Of a DNA stretch of 38,527 bases, positions 1 to 7,141 are shown piece after piece. Origin of the DNA: a virus. Taxonomy: Duplodnaviria > Caudoviricetes. Under the pieces are notes generated by a model. That model made no database searches, was not told the origin of the DNA, and saw only the letters and a list, made by a program, of their open reading frames with translations. The position numbers were made by a program, and so were the translations under genes. Each line of letters opens with the position of its first letter. Position 1 is the first letter of the stretch. The stretch lies in the IMG/VR virus record IMGVR_UViG_3300027798_000002, positions 1 to 38,527 of that record. One strand, given 5' to 3'.

Positions 1-127
1 CCGTCTTTCGGGTCAGCGTCATGAATGAGGCTGCTATCGAGGCCGTATACTTTTATTTCAGACATAACTGTTTCCTCAGCAGATTGCTGTAATGGGGGGT
101 GTTAGGCTGGGTGATTAAGCTCGGAGG
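1..127. repeat. Terminal direct repeat (copy 1), circular assembly overlap
   Basis: 1-127 is identical to 38401-38527 and cuts through a gene; 127 is a common assembler k-mer length. Confidence 0.95.
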
Positions 128-630
128 CTTTGAATCATTGCTGAGATATATTTTGCTTGATGGATTGCGTCATCCAACGCGTTGTGATGAATTCCTTCGC
201 GGGCGAAGTCTTTAACGTTCAGTGGTGATAAATCAACAACCGTTCTTACGTCGCGGACATTCCAAAATTTCCACGGTACGGCAACGTTAACTGACGCAAA
301 CCAGCTTTCAAGAATTGTGATATCGAAGATTGAGCCATTCCCCCAAACCAAGTCATTTTTATCAATTCCGCTCGCCAAGGTATTTGCTACAGCCACCGGA
401 TCTTCCGTACCACTAAATGCGGCTTCTTTTGCCTCTGGTGATTGCTGTTCCCACCAATCCAGGGTTGATTGAGAAGCATGACCATACTTTTGAGCTTGCT
501 GGCCCATACTTGCGTAAAACTTATCGCCAATCTCACCAGTATTTCGGTCAAATCGAACAGCGCCGATAGATAAGACCGCGCAGCCGTACGTGGTGCCTAA
601 TGTCTCGATGTCGATCATGATGTCTTTCAC
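115..630 (-). CDS. DEDDh 3'-5' exonuclease (phage RNase T/ExoVIII-like)
   Basis: Motifs MIDIETLG (ExoI), WGNGSIFD (ExoII), HNALDDA (ExoIII); GTG start with RBS. Confidence 0.88.
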   Translation of the reverse strand: MKDIMIDIETLGTTYGCAVLSIGAVRFDRNTGEIGDKFYASMGQQAQKYGHASQSTLDWWEQQSPEAKEAAFSGTEDPVAVANTLASGIDKNDLVWGNGSIFDITILESWFASVNVAVPWKFWNVRDVRTVVDLSPLNVKDFAREGIHHNALDDAIHQAKYISAMIQSLRA

Positions 631-652
631 GATATTTCCCTTATTTTATTAA

Positions 653-1039
653 TTAGGCTGCCGAAAGCAGTCGCAGGCATTCTTGACGCCGCGCTATCAA
701 CTCTTCCTGAGTCGAGCAGAACGGCGTGGGGCTGGCTGGCATATGCTCTGGCTTGAGTCGGTATATAATCCCTTTAGCTGAAATCTCTTTGACCTCCCAG
801 CGCTCTTCCGTGAGCAAGTGACGCATGTTGAGCACATACGTCAGGGGAATGTGTACCGATACCGTTTCGAATCCCTCACCCAACCCTTTGTAGAATGAGT
901 CCTTATAATTCAACGTGCACCCGCCAGTTGCACCACCAGACAAACGCCCACGCCCCACACTGCCAATTGACCGGTGGAATGAGGTTATATATGCATCTGG
1001 ATAGGCGCGGAGGCAGGCCAGTATTTGTTCTGGCTGCAT
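653..1039 (-). CDS. Hypothetical early protein
   Basis: 128 aa ORF packed in the pL operon, AGGT RBS. Confidence 0.7.
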   Translation of the reverse strand: MQPEQILACLRAYPDAYITSFHRSIGSVGRGRLSGGATGGCTLNYKDSFYKGLGEGFETVSVHIPLTYVLNMRHLLTEERWEVKEISAKGIIYRLKPEHMPASPTPFCSTQEELIARRQECLRLLSAA

Positions 1040-1064
1040 GGTGGTTACCTGCTGTGGCTATTGG

Positions 1065-1535
1065 TCAGAAGGGGATGTCATCATCGAAGTCCATTGGTGG
1101 TTCGCTGCTTTGGTGTGTCGCCTGCTGCTGTCCCTGCGCGTGTTGCTGCCCCCATTGCTGCTGATTTTGCGGAGTTGAACTCTTCCCTGATTCTTGCTGC
1201 TGCGGCTTTCCCTGTTTATTGCCAGCTTCGATAAACCCTAATCTGGCATTGTTCAATTCAAGGGTGATGGACTGTCCATTTTGACCATCGTAAACATCGA
1301 CCTTGATGCTTTCCCCGAACACCTCAACGATAGCGCCCTCCATGAGCACCTCCCTGTAAAACTCCGCTTGCTTGCCTTCCTTGGCAAAAATCACAGCCTG
1401 GTAGTTGGTGAATTCGTTTTTCTGCGACTTCCTGTCGTAGTAGCGAACCCCGCCACGGATTCCAAATCCTATGGAATCACCAGCGGCAAACTCCCTTGCC
1501 GGTTTCTGTAGTTTGATGGTTATTGTGTGTCCCAT
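1065..1535 (-). CDS. ssb: Single-stranded DNA-binding protein
   Basis: OB-fold-like N-terminal part, Q-rich linker, C-terminal PPMDFDDDIPF tip. Confidence 0.93.
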   Translation of the reverse strand: MGHTITIKLQKPAREFAAGDSIGFGIRGGVRYYDRKSQKNEFTNYQAVIFAKEGKQAEFYREVLMEGAIVEVFGESIKVDVYDGQNGQSITLELNNARLGFIEAGNKQGKPQQQESGKSSTPQNQQQWGQQHAQGQQQATHQSSEPPMDFDDDIPF

Positions 1536-2248
1536 TACGCCGCCTTGTTTAAGTCTGAGAGTTGGTCTTGATATGCTTTGTTGGCCTTGTCAGCTAATTC
1601 AGGGTGTTGTGTTAGTCGCTTGCATAGCCCGTCATAGGCATCCTTTAAAGCTATTTGGTCAGTGCACGAGATAGCCCAACCGGTAAAATCTGCAAGGTAC
1701 TGATCTGGCGTTCTTTGCTGTAGCGTGTGGGCGTTGTTTTGTTGCTGTGGTTGTTGCTGTGGTTCTTGTTTTGGTGGCAATGCCCAATCTGGTAAAGCAG
1801 GAGGCCGCCAGTAGATAATTTTTTGTTCTTTTGTTTTTGCCCGATTCCAACGAGATTTCTTTTCGATGCTAACTTCAGCGAATCCCTCTTCAAGCTGATA
1901 TAGATATCGACCAATGCCCCACTGGACAGCCGCGCGCTTCATTGCCCCTGACATGCCACCTTTTACCGCCTCAACCTGCGTGTTCTCGGCTGCGTCCCAT
2001 TTAGTGATCCACTCTTCTTCAACCTTGATGGATATGCCGCACATAACGCCGCTGTCTGGAGCTGGCTGAAACTCATTGCGCCAGAATGCTTTCCCACAAA
2101 CATCATCGAGGCGCTTCATAATTGCCCGGTTGGTAACATACGCCAGCACCATGGCCCATGGTTTGGAATCTTTAGTTATCCCGCAAGACTGCACTCGCCA
2201 CTCAATATCAGCGGCAGGGAACGGCTCATCTAATTTATTCAAATCCAC
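1535..2248 (-). CDS. Rad52/Rad22-family single-strand annealing protein (Sak-like)
   Basis: LAYVTNRAIMKRLDDVCG and KGGMSGAMKRAAVQWGIGRYLY motifs; start placed at GTG 2248 behind AGGAGG. Confidence 0.9.
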   Translation of the reverse strand: MDLNKLDEPFPAADIEWRVQSCGITKDSKPWAMVLAYVTNRAIMKRLDDVCGKAFWRNEFQPAPDSGVMCGISIKVEEEWITKWDAAENTQVEAVKGGMSGAMKRAAVQWGIGRYLYQLEEGFAEVSIEKKSRWNRAKTKEQKIIYWRPPALPDWALPPKQEPQQQPQQQNNAHTLQQRTPDQYLADFTGWAISCTDQIALKDAYDGLCKRLTQHPELADKANKAYQDQLSDLNKAA

Positions 2249-2402
2249 GTTGCGCCTCCTGAATTCTTTGTTGCTGCTGACTTGTGCGATGATCTGCATT
2301 GGCTTCTATCTGTGCCATTTCATCCGTGAATCGCGGATCAGCTATCAGTCGCGTCCATGCAACTGATTCGAGTGCTGCGTAAAATCGCTCGTCCTGCGTC
2401 AT
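2235..2402 (-). CDS. Small hypothetical protein (55 aa, MTQDERFYAAL...)
   Basis: Not in the ORF track; GGAGG RBS and ATGA coupling to the upstream ORF. Confidence 0.7.
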   Translation of the reverse strand: MTQDERFYAALESVAWTRLIADPRFTDEMAQIEANADHRTSQQQQRIQEAQRGFE

Positions 2403-2572
2403 GCCGCCTCCTGAAGCTCAATTGATACCAATGCATCCATTTGGTAAATGCGACGCTTGGCGGCTGCGCAGGATAGGTAATTAGCTGCTGAGCGCCTACT
2501 CCCTGCCTTGCGGCAAGACTTCGCGCAAACCAACCAGTGGTTATGCCACCACTTGAGTTCTTTCTTGGTCAT
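2399..2572 (-). CDS. Small basic protein at the kil position (57 aa, MTKKELKWWHNHW...)
   Basis: ATGA-coupled on both sides, directly downstream of the cIII-like gene. Confidence 0.6.
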   Translation of the reverse strand: MTKKELKWWHNHWLVCAKSCRKAGSRRSAANYLSCAAAKRRIYQMDALVSIELQEAA

Positions 2573-2700
2573 AGCGGATTACCTTTCTGTTGAAATATGC
2601 TGAGAAACCAGCGGATCCACGGATTGGCGTTTTTAACTTTTTGCTGGTGTTGGCAATAGCGACCCATGACGGCATCGCCAGTTAGTACGAATTGGTACAT
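2569..2700 (-). CDS. cIII: CIII-like FtsH inhibitor (43 aa)
   Basis: MYQFVLTGDAVMG...WIRWFLSIFQQKGNPL resembles the lambda/P22 CIII pattern (hydrophobic-xG-xxMG...W..L..I.NQPG.P); AGGAG RBS; syntenic position. Confidence 0.65.
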   Translation of the reverse strand: MYQFVLTGDAVMGRYCQHQQKVKNANPWIRWFLSIFQQKGNPL

Positions 2701-2726
2701 GAGTGGCTCCTGAAATTTAAGTTTGA

Positions 2727-3752
2727 TTAGTAAGTGATACGAACTGAGGAAATGAGGTTCTTAGCGATAGCGGCTACACATTTCTGTGCACAATCTTCTG
2801 GCAATCCATTTGCAATTAAGTCGGCTACTGCTTGGCGGTTGATAGCGCGACGGTGTTCTACGTCAGCCGCGCGCTTGGCTGCTTCATCAGCAACACGCTT
2901 CTCTTCTGCCAACCGAGCATCTTCTTTCTGCTTGGCTTCACGCTGAACTCGCTCAGCTTCCTGCTGTGCTTTAAGTTTCTCGGCTGCGATAGCCTCTTGC
3001 TTCTCGCGCTCGGCCTGTACAAGTGCCAAGGCTTTTCTATCTTCAGCTTCATTTATTGCGTCTTGGCGGCGAATTTCAGCTAGTCGTTTATCTTCTTCCG
3101 CTTGCTTAATTGCACCCAATCTATCGCGCTCAGCTAATTCCGCCTGAAGCTTCAACTCAGCCTCGCGCCGCGCTGCTGTTTCACGTTCCTGCTGCGCCGC
3201 TATTTCAGCTTCACGCCTTACCTTCTCTGCTGCTTCATTGGCTATGAATTCTTCATGGGCTTTCCGCAGGCGTTCAACTTCATCAGCTTTCGCTTTGGCG
3301 TCACGGTCGAAAGCGTCATTCATCAGCAGGGCCATCTCGTGGGCCACTTCAACTTCTGCCGCTAACTCTTCAGCTTTCTTCTTGGCTTCAGCTTCCTGCT
3401 TTAACCGGTCCTGTTCGGCTTCCCACTCAGTCAGTGATCGGCGCGTTTCGTCGCGTATTTCATCGCATTCAATGACAAAGCGGCGAAGTTCGGCCTCAAT
3501 AATTTTCGGCTGCTCTTTTAGGTGGCGAAGATACTCACGGCCCGGCTTTTCGATTGCTGTCTTGCTGCGTGATGCGCTGGCTGCAAGTGATGCTATCCGT
3601 GCTCGGCCTTTTGCAGTCGATACATCAGGGACTTCATTAACTGCCTGACGAATCTGGTTGAGGTATTTATCAAGGCCGTTCGTGACGTACAGGGTCGGGT
3701 AGGATTCTGGCTTAATGTCGATAACCACCAAGCCGGTGTTTTCGTCTGCCAT
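2727..3752 (-). CDS. Long coiled-coil phage early protein (type often mis-annotated as TolA-like)
   Basis: VPDVSTAKGRARIASLA N-terminal motif, E/K/A/R-rich helix, EHRRAINRQA C-terminus; start behind AAGGA. Confidence 0.75.
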   Translation of the reverse strand: MADENTGLVVIDIKPESYPTLYVTNGLDKYLNQIRQAVNEVPDVSTAKGRARIASLAASASRSKTAIEKPGREYLRHLKEQPKIIEAELRRFVIECDEIRDETRRSLTEWEAEQDRLKQEAEAKKKAEELAAEVEVAHEMALLMNDAFDRDAKAKADEVERLRKAHEEFIANEAAEKVRREAEIAAQQERETAARREAELKLQAELAERDRLGAIKQAEEDKRLAEIRRQDAINEAEDRKALALVQAEREKQEAIAAEKLKAQQEAERVQREAKQKEDARLAEEKRVADEAAKRAADVEHRRAINRQAVADLIANGLPEDCAQKCVAAIAKNLISSVRITY

Positions 3753-3845
3753 GCTCATTTCCTTGTGTTTAGCCCACAGCAAAATACCGACAGTTGTCAG
3801 TTATTTACTCTGGGGATTGGTGGGGGTGGGGAGTTACTTCGTGTT

Positions 3846-4106
3846 TTATTTAGCAGATAAACCGTTAATTTCTCTCGTTAACTGAGGAATAAATGATTCT
3901 TTGTAATTTTTAAGCCGGTCAATCCAGTAGTCCTTGCTGATATTACCGCCATTAATCGCATCACGAAGCTTTTCTGCTAGCTCGTACGGCAGGCTATAAA
4001 GCGGGATTATTTCAGCTACACCCGCGAGTTTCATTCCTGCTGACTGCGGTACTGATAGCGCATAACACTGATGGATAATTGAGCGCGTAATTTTGTATTC
4101 ACCCAT
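3846..4106 (-). CDS. Hypothetical protein
   Basis: 86 aa ORF in operon, AT-rich. Confidence 0.65.
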   Translation of the reverse strand: MGEYKITRSIIHQCYALSVPQSAGMKLAGVAEIIPLYSLPYELAEKLRDAINGGNISKDYWIDRLKNYKESFIPQLTREINGLSAK

Positions 4107-4109
4107 ATC

Positions 4110-4325
4110 TCACCCTCTCGCCTTAATCATTGCGTCTGCCATCTGGTAGGCTTCTTCTGCCAAGTCATCGTTTCTGTACAATCTTTCAGGGTTCGCGCTC
4201 ACACCCTGCATGTATTTAGCTGCCATGTAATCGCGCAGTTGCATACCAAGCCCAATGTGCGGCGTATCATTCAAATCACCGCACCACGGAAACGCTGAGC
4301 CGCCTGTTTTAATTTCATCTGTCAT
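4110..4325 (-). CDS. Small conserved phage protein (TGGxAFP...GMxLRDYxAAK...AYxxADAMxKAR type)
   Basis: Recurrent phage motif, GAGGT RBS. Confidence 0.8.
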   Translation of the reverse strand: MTDEIKTGGSAFPWCGDLNDTPHIGLGMQLRDYMAAKYMQGVSANPERLYRNDDLAEEAYQMADAMIKARG

Positions 4326-4386
4326 ACATCACCTCATCTAGTGGTCTTATTGCTGCCACCAATAAAGGTAAGTGGCAGGGGTAAGG

Positions 4387-5145
4387 TCACTGGTTTGGGA
4401 TGACAACAATCACGGTATTTACCATCGTTCCTGAACTCTTAAATGATCCAACTGGAAGTTCTTCAATATAACCGCCTTTAGATTCAACAAATTCTCTAAA
4501 GTCTGTAGCTAATTTATTGCTTCGAAAGGTTATTGAAGATGACATTACAGAAACAAGCTTCCCGCCGTCCCTTAAAAATTTAAAGGCGTGGTTAACATGT
4601 TTAATATCAGCCTGACGACCAAATGGAGGATTCATAACCACGCGGTCATAAGCTGGGAATGGGTTAACTGAAAGGAAATCAGTAGGCTCACCAATGCCGC
4701 AAAGAGGAAGTTCAAGATTTTTAAGGTATTCGTTGTTTTCTGGCATTAACTCAAACGTTGAAATCATAACATCCCGTGCAGAATCCTTAATGGCCATAAC
4801 TAGCGCACCACGTCCAGCGCTTGGTTCAAGAACATGCATGTCATCTTCAATTTCAGCTAGTGTGACAATGCGATTAGCTACTTCGTGCGGAGTAGGGAAA
4901 AACTCAAAGTCATCCTTTGGCACAGCAACATCGCCAGTTAGAATAATTTGCTCAATGCGATCTGATGCGTCAATTTCGAACACATGCGCCTTTACACTGC
5001 GATTCCACTTGCCGCCAGCAGCTTCAAGCACCTTATTGGTTCTTGTGTATAAATTTCTATCTAAAGAACCTGTTAATTTAAGGTTATTACCAACACATTC
5101 CGCGCAACTCAAAACATTCAAAACTTCGCTATCAACTCGCATCAT
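4387..5145 (-). CDS. Amino (probably N6-adenine) DNA methyltransferase
   Basis: FFPTP (motif X), VLEPSAGRG (SAM-binding motif I), MNPPF (catalytic motif IV). Confidence 0.88.
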   Translation of the reverse strand: MMRVDSEVLNVLSCAECVGNNLKLTGSLDRNLYTRTNKVLEAAGGKWNRSVKAHVFEIDASDRIEQIILTGDVAVPKDDFEFFPTPHEVANRIVTLAEIEDDMHVLEPSAGRGALVMAIKDSARDVMISTFELMPENNEYLKNLELPLCGIGEPTDFLSVNPFPAYDRVVMNPPFGRQADIKHVNHAFKFLRDGGKLVSVMSSSITFRSNKLATDFREFVESKGGYIEELPVGSFKSSGTMVNTVIVVIPNQ

Positions 5146-5167
5146 TCATTCCTCATTTACCCGCCAA

Positions 5168-5192
5168 TAAAAAAGGCCACCTAAGTGACCTT
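5168..5192 (-). terminator. Intrinsic terminator (tL-type)
   Basis: Minus strand AAGGTCAC-TTAG-GTGGCCTT followed by a T run. Confidence 0.8.
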
Positions 5193-5193
5193 G

Positions 5194-5469
5194 TTAATCT
5201 TCTTTCCCTTCACCCACTAACTGACTTAATTCGGATTGCGTAGGCTTCTTCCAGTTCAGTATTTGGCCTGTTTCAATATCGATATCAAGCTCGAGATAAT
5301 CGCCGTAGTGGTTTCCAGGGAAGCAATCAGGGACATATTCACTTTCTAATGTTCGAATAACTTCCCCATCAGCATCAATCACATCGGCGGTAAATGTATC
5401 TCTCACTTTGATACACGTCTTGATGCGCTTAACGTCAATATCGACCTTTATGCCTAATTTAGTTTCCAT
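5194..5469 (-). CDS. Hypothetical protein (YVPDCFPGNHYGDYLELDID...GQILNW type)
   Basis: 91 aa ORF with RBS, recurrent phage motif. Confidence 0.75.
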   Translation of the reverse strand: METKLGIKVDIDVKRIKTCIKVRDTFTADVIDADGEVIRTLESEYVPDCFPGNHYGDYLELDIDIETGQILNWKKPTQSELSQLVGEGKED

Positions 5470-5497
5470 TCTCTTACCCCTTAACTATGTGGTGGGC

Positions 5498-5740
5498 CTA
5501 CTTAATAACGTGATAGCAATCTTCACGAACTTTGCGGAAGCCTGCTGCAAACTTAGCGACTTCAGGTAAACATATATTGTCCGCGCTTGGCTGCTCACTG
5601 CTGCGAACCGGTACAGGCATCGTTGCTTTGTATACCCTCGATGTGCAGCCTGTAAGAGCTATAGCGATGTTCTTTTCTAACCGACCCTCTGCTGCACATT
5701 TAGCTCTGTAACGAGCCGTGCGTCGCTCTCTCGAATTCAT
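5498..5740 (-). CDS. N: N-family antiterminator
   Basis: First gene of pL; arginine-rich motif MNSRERRTARYRAK; C-terminal CLPEVAKFAAGFRK like P22 gp24; GGAG RBS. Confidence 0.8.
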   Translation of the reverse strand: MNSRERRTARYRAKCAAEGRLEKNIAIALTGCTSRVYKATMPVPVRSSEQPSADNICLPEVAKFAAGFRKVREDCYHVIK

Positions 5741-5756
5741 GGTATGTCTCCAGTGA

Positions 5757-5915
5757 TTGGCTTTGGTCTTGGCGTCCAGTGATGAATTTCTGGATTGAGC
5801 TAACATCTTTCGGCGGTGGAAATTGCATTTACCTCTTAGGCGGGGGATTTTCCGCTACTCGCCGTAACCGCATAGGCTGCACATCATCACTGTGCGCTCA
5901 CCAAGCCAAAGCCAA
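5757..5915 (-). promoter_or_regulatory. Long stem-loop in the N leader (RNase III site-like)
   Basis: TTGGCTTTGGTCTTGG...CAGTGATGA pairs with TCATCACTG...CCAAGCCAAAGCCAA; same position as the lambda N-leader RNase III hairpin. Confidence 0.65.
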
Positions 5916-5927
5916 CTTCTCTTTGGT

Positions 5928-5964
5928 GCCCTCGTATCAGGGCAATCTAATTGTTAAATAAGCA
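5928..5964 (-). promoter_or_regulatory. nutL (degenerate boxA plus boxB)
   Basis: Minus strand TGCTTATTTAACAA-N7-GCCCT GATACG AGGGC; boxB stem identical to lambda. Confidence 0.8.
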
Positions 5965-6032
5965 GCCTGTCGTCCTGACTGGCGCGGCGTGTAGTTCCGT
6001 CTGCCGCATCGATGTTTCGTTTCGATTGGGTA

Positions 6033-6061
6033 AATGTATACTTAGTTTAAATCACTGTCAA
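6033..6061 (-). promoter_or_regulatory. pL sigma70 promoter
   Basis: TTGACA-17 bp-TACATT upstream of nutL. Confidence 0.8.
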
Positions 6062-6111
6062 CACGATTTATTAAATTAATTTCTATCCAGTGAATTATTT
6101 TAGATTAACCA

Positions 6112-6150
6112 TTGTTTAATTAAATCATGTGAGCTATTATTTCTCACATG
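6112..6150 (+). promoter_or_regulatory. pR promoter with overlapping operator-like inverted repeat
   Basis: TTGTTT-17 bp-TATTAT; CATGTGAG-N9-CTCACATG (6126-6150) flanks the -10. Confidence 0.7.
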
Positions 6151-6170
6151 GTCACCAACTAGGAGTATTT

Positions 6171-6368
6171 ATGAAAGTTGTAGAGGCGGCCATGATGGCC
6201 GGAGGTAAAGGTAAGTTGGCAAGCGTTCTTGGGGTTACCCCCCAGATTATTTCTCGCTGGGGTGAAGAGCTTCCGGAGTTGCGGTATTACCAGCTTAAGG
6301 GTTTGATAGCAGAAAAGAAGTTTAAGCCTGTCAAGCCTAAGAAAGTAAAATTGAAAGTTGCAGCATAA
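6171..6368 (+). CDS. cro: Cro-like HTH repressor
   Basis: GGKGKLASVLGVTPQIISRWGEELPELRYYQL is a Cro-type HTH; AGGAG RBS; first gene of pR. Confidence 0.85.
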   Translation: MKVVEAAMMAGGKGKLASVLGVTPQIISRWGEELPELRYYQLKGLIAEKKFKPVKPKKVKLKVAA

Positions 6369-6379
6369 GTAAATAATTA

Positions 6380-6392
6380 CGCTCTTTAACAA
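6380..6392 (+). promoter_or_regulatory. nutR boxA
   Basis: CGCTCTTTAACAA consensus directly after cro. Confidence 0.85.
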
Positions 6393-6401
6393 TTTAGAGA
6401 C

Positions 6402-6495
6402 AAGAAAAAGCCCAATCAGCGTAAACTGTTGGGCGAAAGCAATGCAATATGTAACCTACAGGAGTAATTATGAACGAGAAGCCAATTTTATTCAA
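6402..6495 (-). ncRNA. oop: OOP-like antisense RNA unit (promoter 6467-6495, RNA ~6460-6402)
   Basis: Minus strand TTGAAT-17 bp-CATAAT overlapping the next start codon, as lambda pO does; terminator GCCCAACAG-TTTACG-CTGATTGGGC-TTTTTCTT. Confidence 0.65.
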
Positions 6496-7141
6496 CTCGG
6501 AGATGGTCAACGCCATTCTCAGTGGTCGCAAGACTCAGACGCGCCGGATTATGAAGGTTCAGCCGTCCGAGCACTTTCACCCACAAACCATTCATGGAGC
6601 GATGGACTTCACGGCCCACTGGTACACGCCGGGTGTTATAGACAAAGACGGTTATCTGCAACCCGCAAGAAAGGATGTGTTTGGCGTGGCTGATGAGGAT
6701 GAAGGTTATACCTGTCCGCTGGGTGCGGTCGGCGATCAGTTATGGGTTCGCGAGACATGGGCACGCTACAACATTGACCAGACTAGCCACGATATGGCCT
6801 ATCGAGCAACTACACCGGCTGACTGGCCCAAGGATGGTTTATGGCGTCCATCAATCCACATGCCGCGCTGGGCGTCCCGCATTAACTTGCTGATCACCGG
6901 CGTTCGTGTCGAGCGGTTGAATGATATCAGTGAGCAGGATGCCATGAGTGAAGGTATCGACGCTGATAGGCTGGCTGAATCTCAAGACCATTATGACTGC
7001 ATTGCTGACCATAATATGACTGGCAGGCCAACCGCAAAAGGGTATTTCAGCAGCTTATGGCAGTCCATCTACGGCGAAGAAAGCTGGGAAGCTAACCCAT
7101 GGGTATGGGTAATTAATTTTGAGCGCATGGAGGCCAAATGA
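6470..7141 (+). CDS. ASCH/PUA-like phage protein
   Basis: MVNAILSGRKTQTRR, GDQLWVRETW, WRPSIHMPRWASRI, NPWVWVINF motifs. Confidence 0.75.
   Translation: MNEKPILFNSEMVNAILSGRKTQTRRIMKVQPSEHFHPQTIHGAMDFTAHWYTPGVIDKDGYLQPARKDVFGVADEDEGYTCPLGAVGDQLWVRETWARYNIDQTSHDMAYRATTPADWPKDGLWRPSIHMPRWASRINLLITGVRVERLNDISEQDAMSEGIDADRLAESQDHYDCIADHNMTGRPTAKGYFSSLWQSIYGEESWEANPWVWVINFERMEAK

Noticed and set aside
2249-2299. Longer ORF-track starts (2299, 3782, 5806, 6129, 8016, 10820, 11794, 13829, 19155, 23814, 31205)
   Set aside because: They overlap upstream genes or regulatory DNA; downstream starts have clear RBSs or coupling
2076-5961. Plus-strand ORFs opposite the pL operon (e.g. 3238-3648, 4694-5170, 5779-5961)
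   Set aside because: Antisense shadows of well-supported genes, with no RBS or motifs
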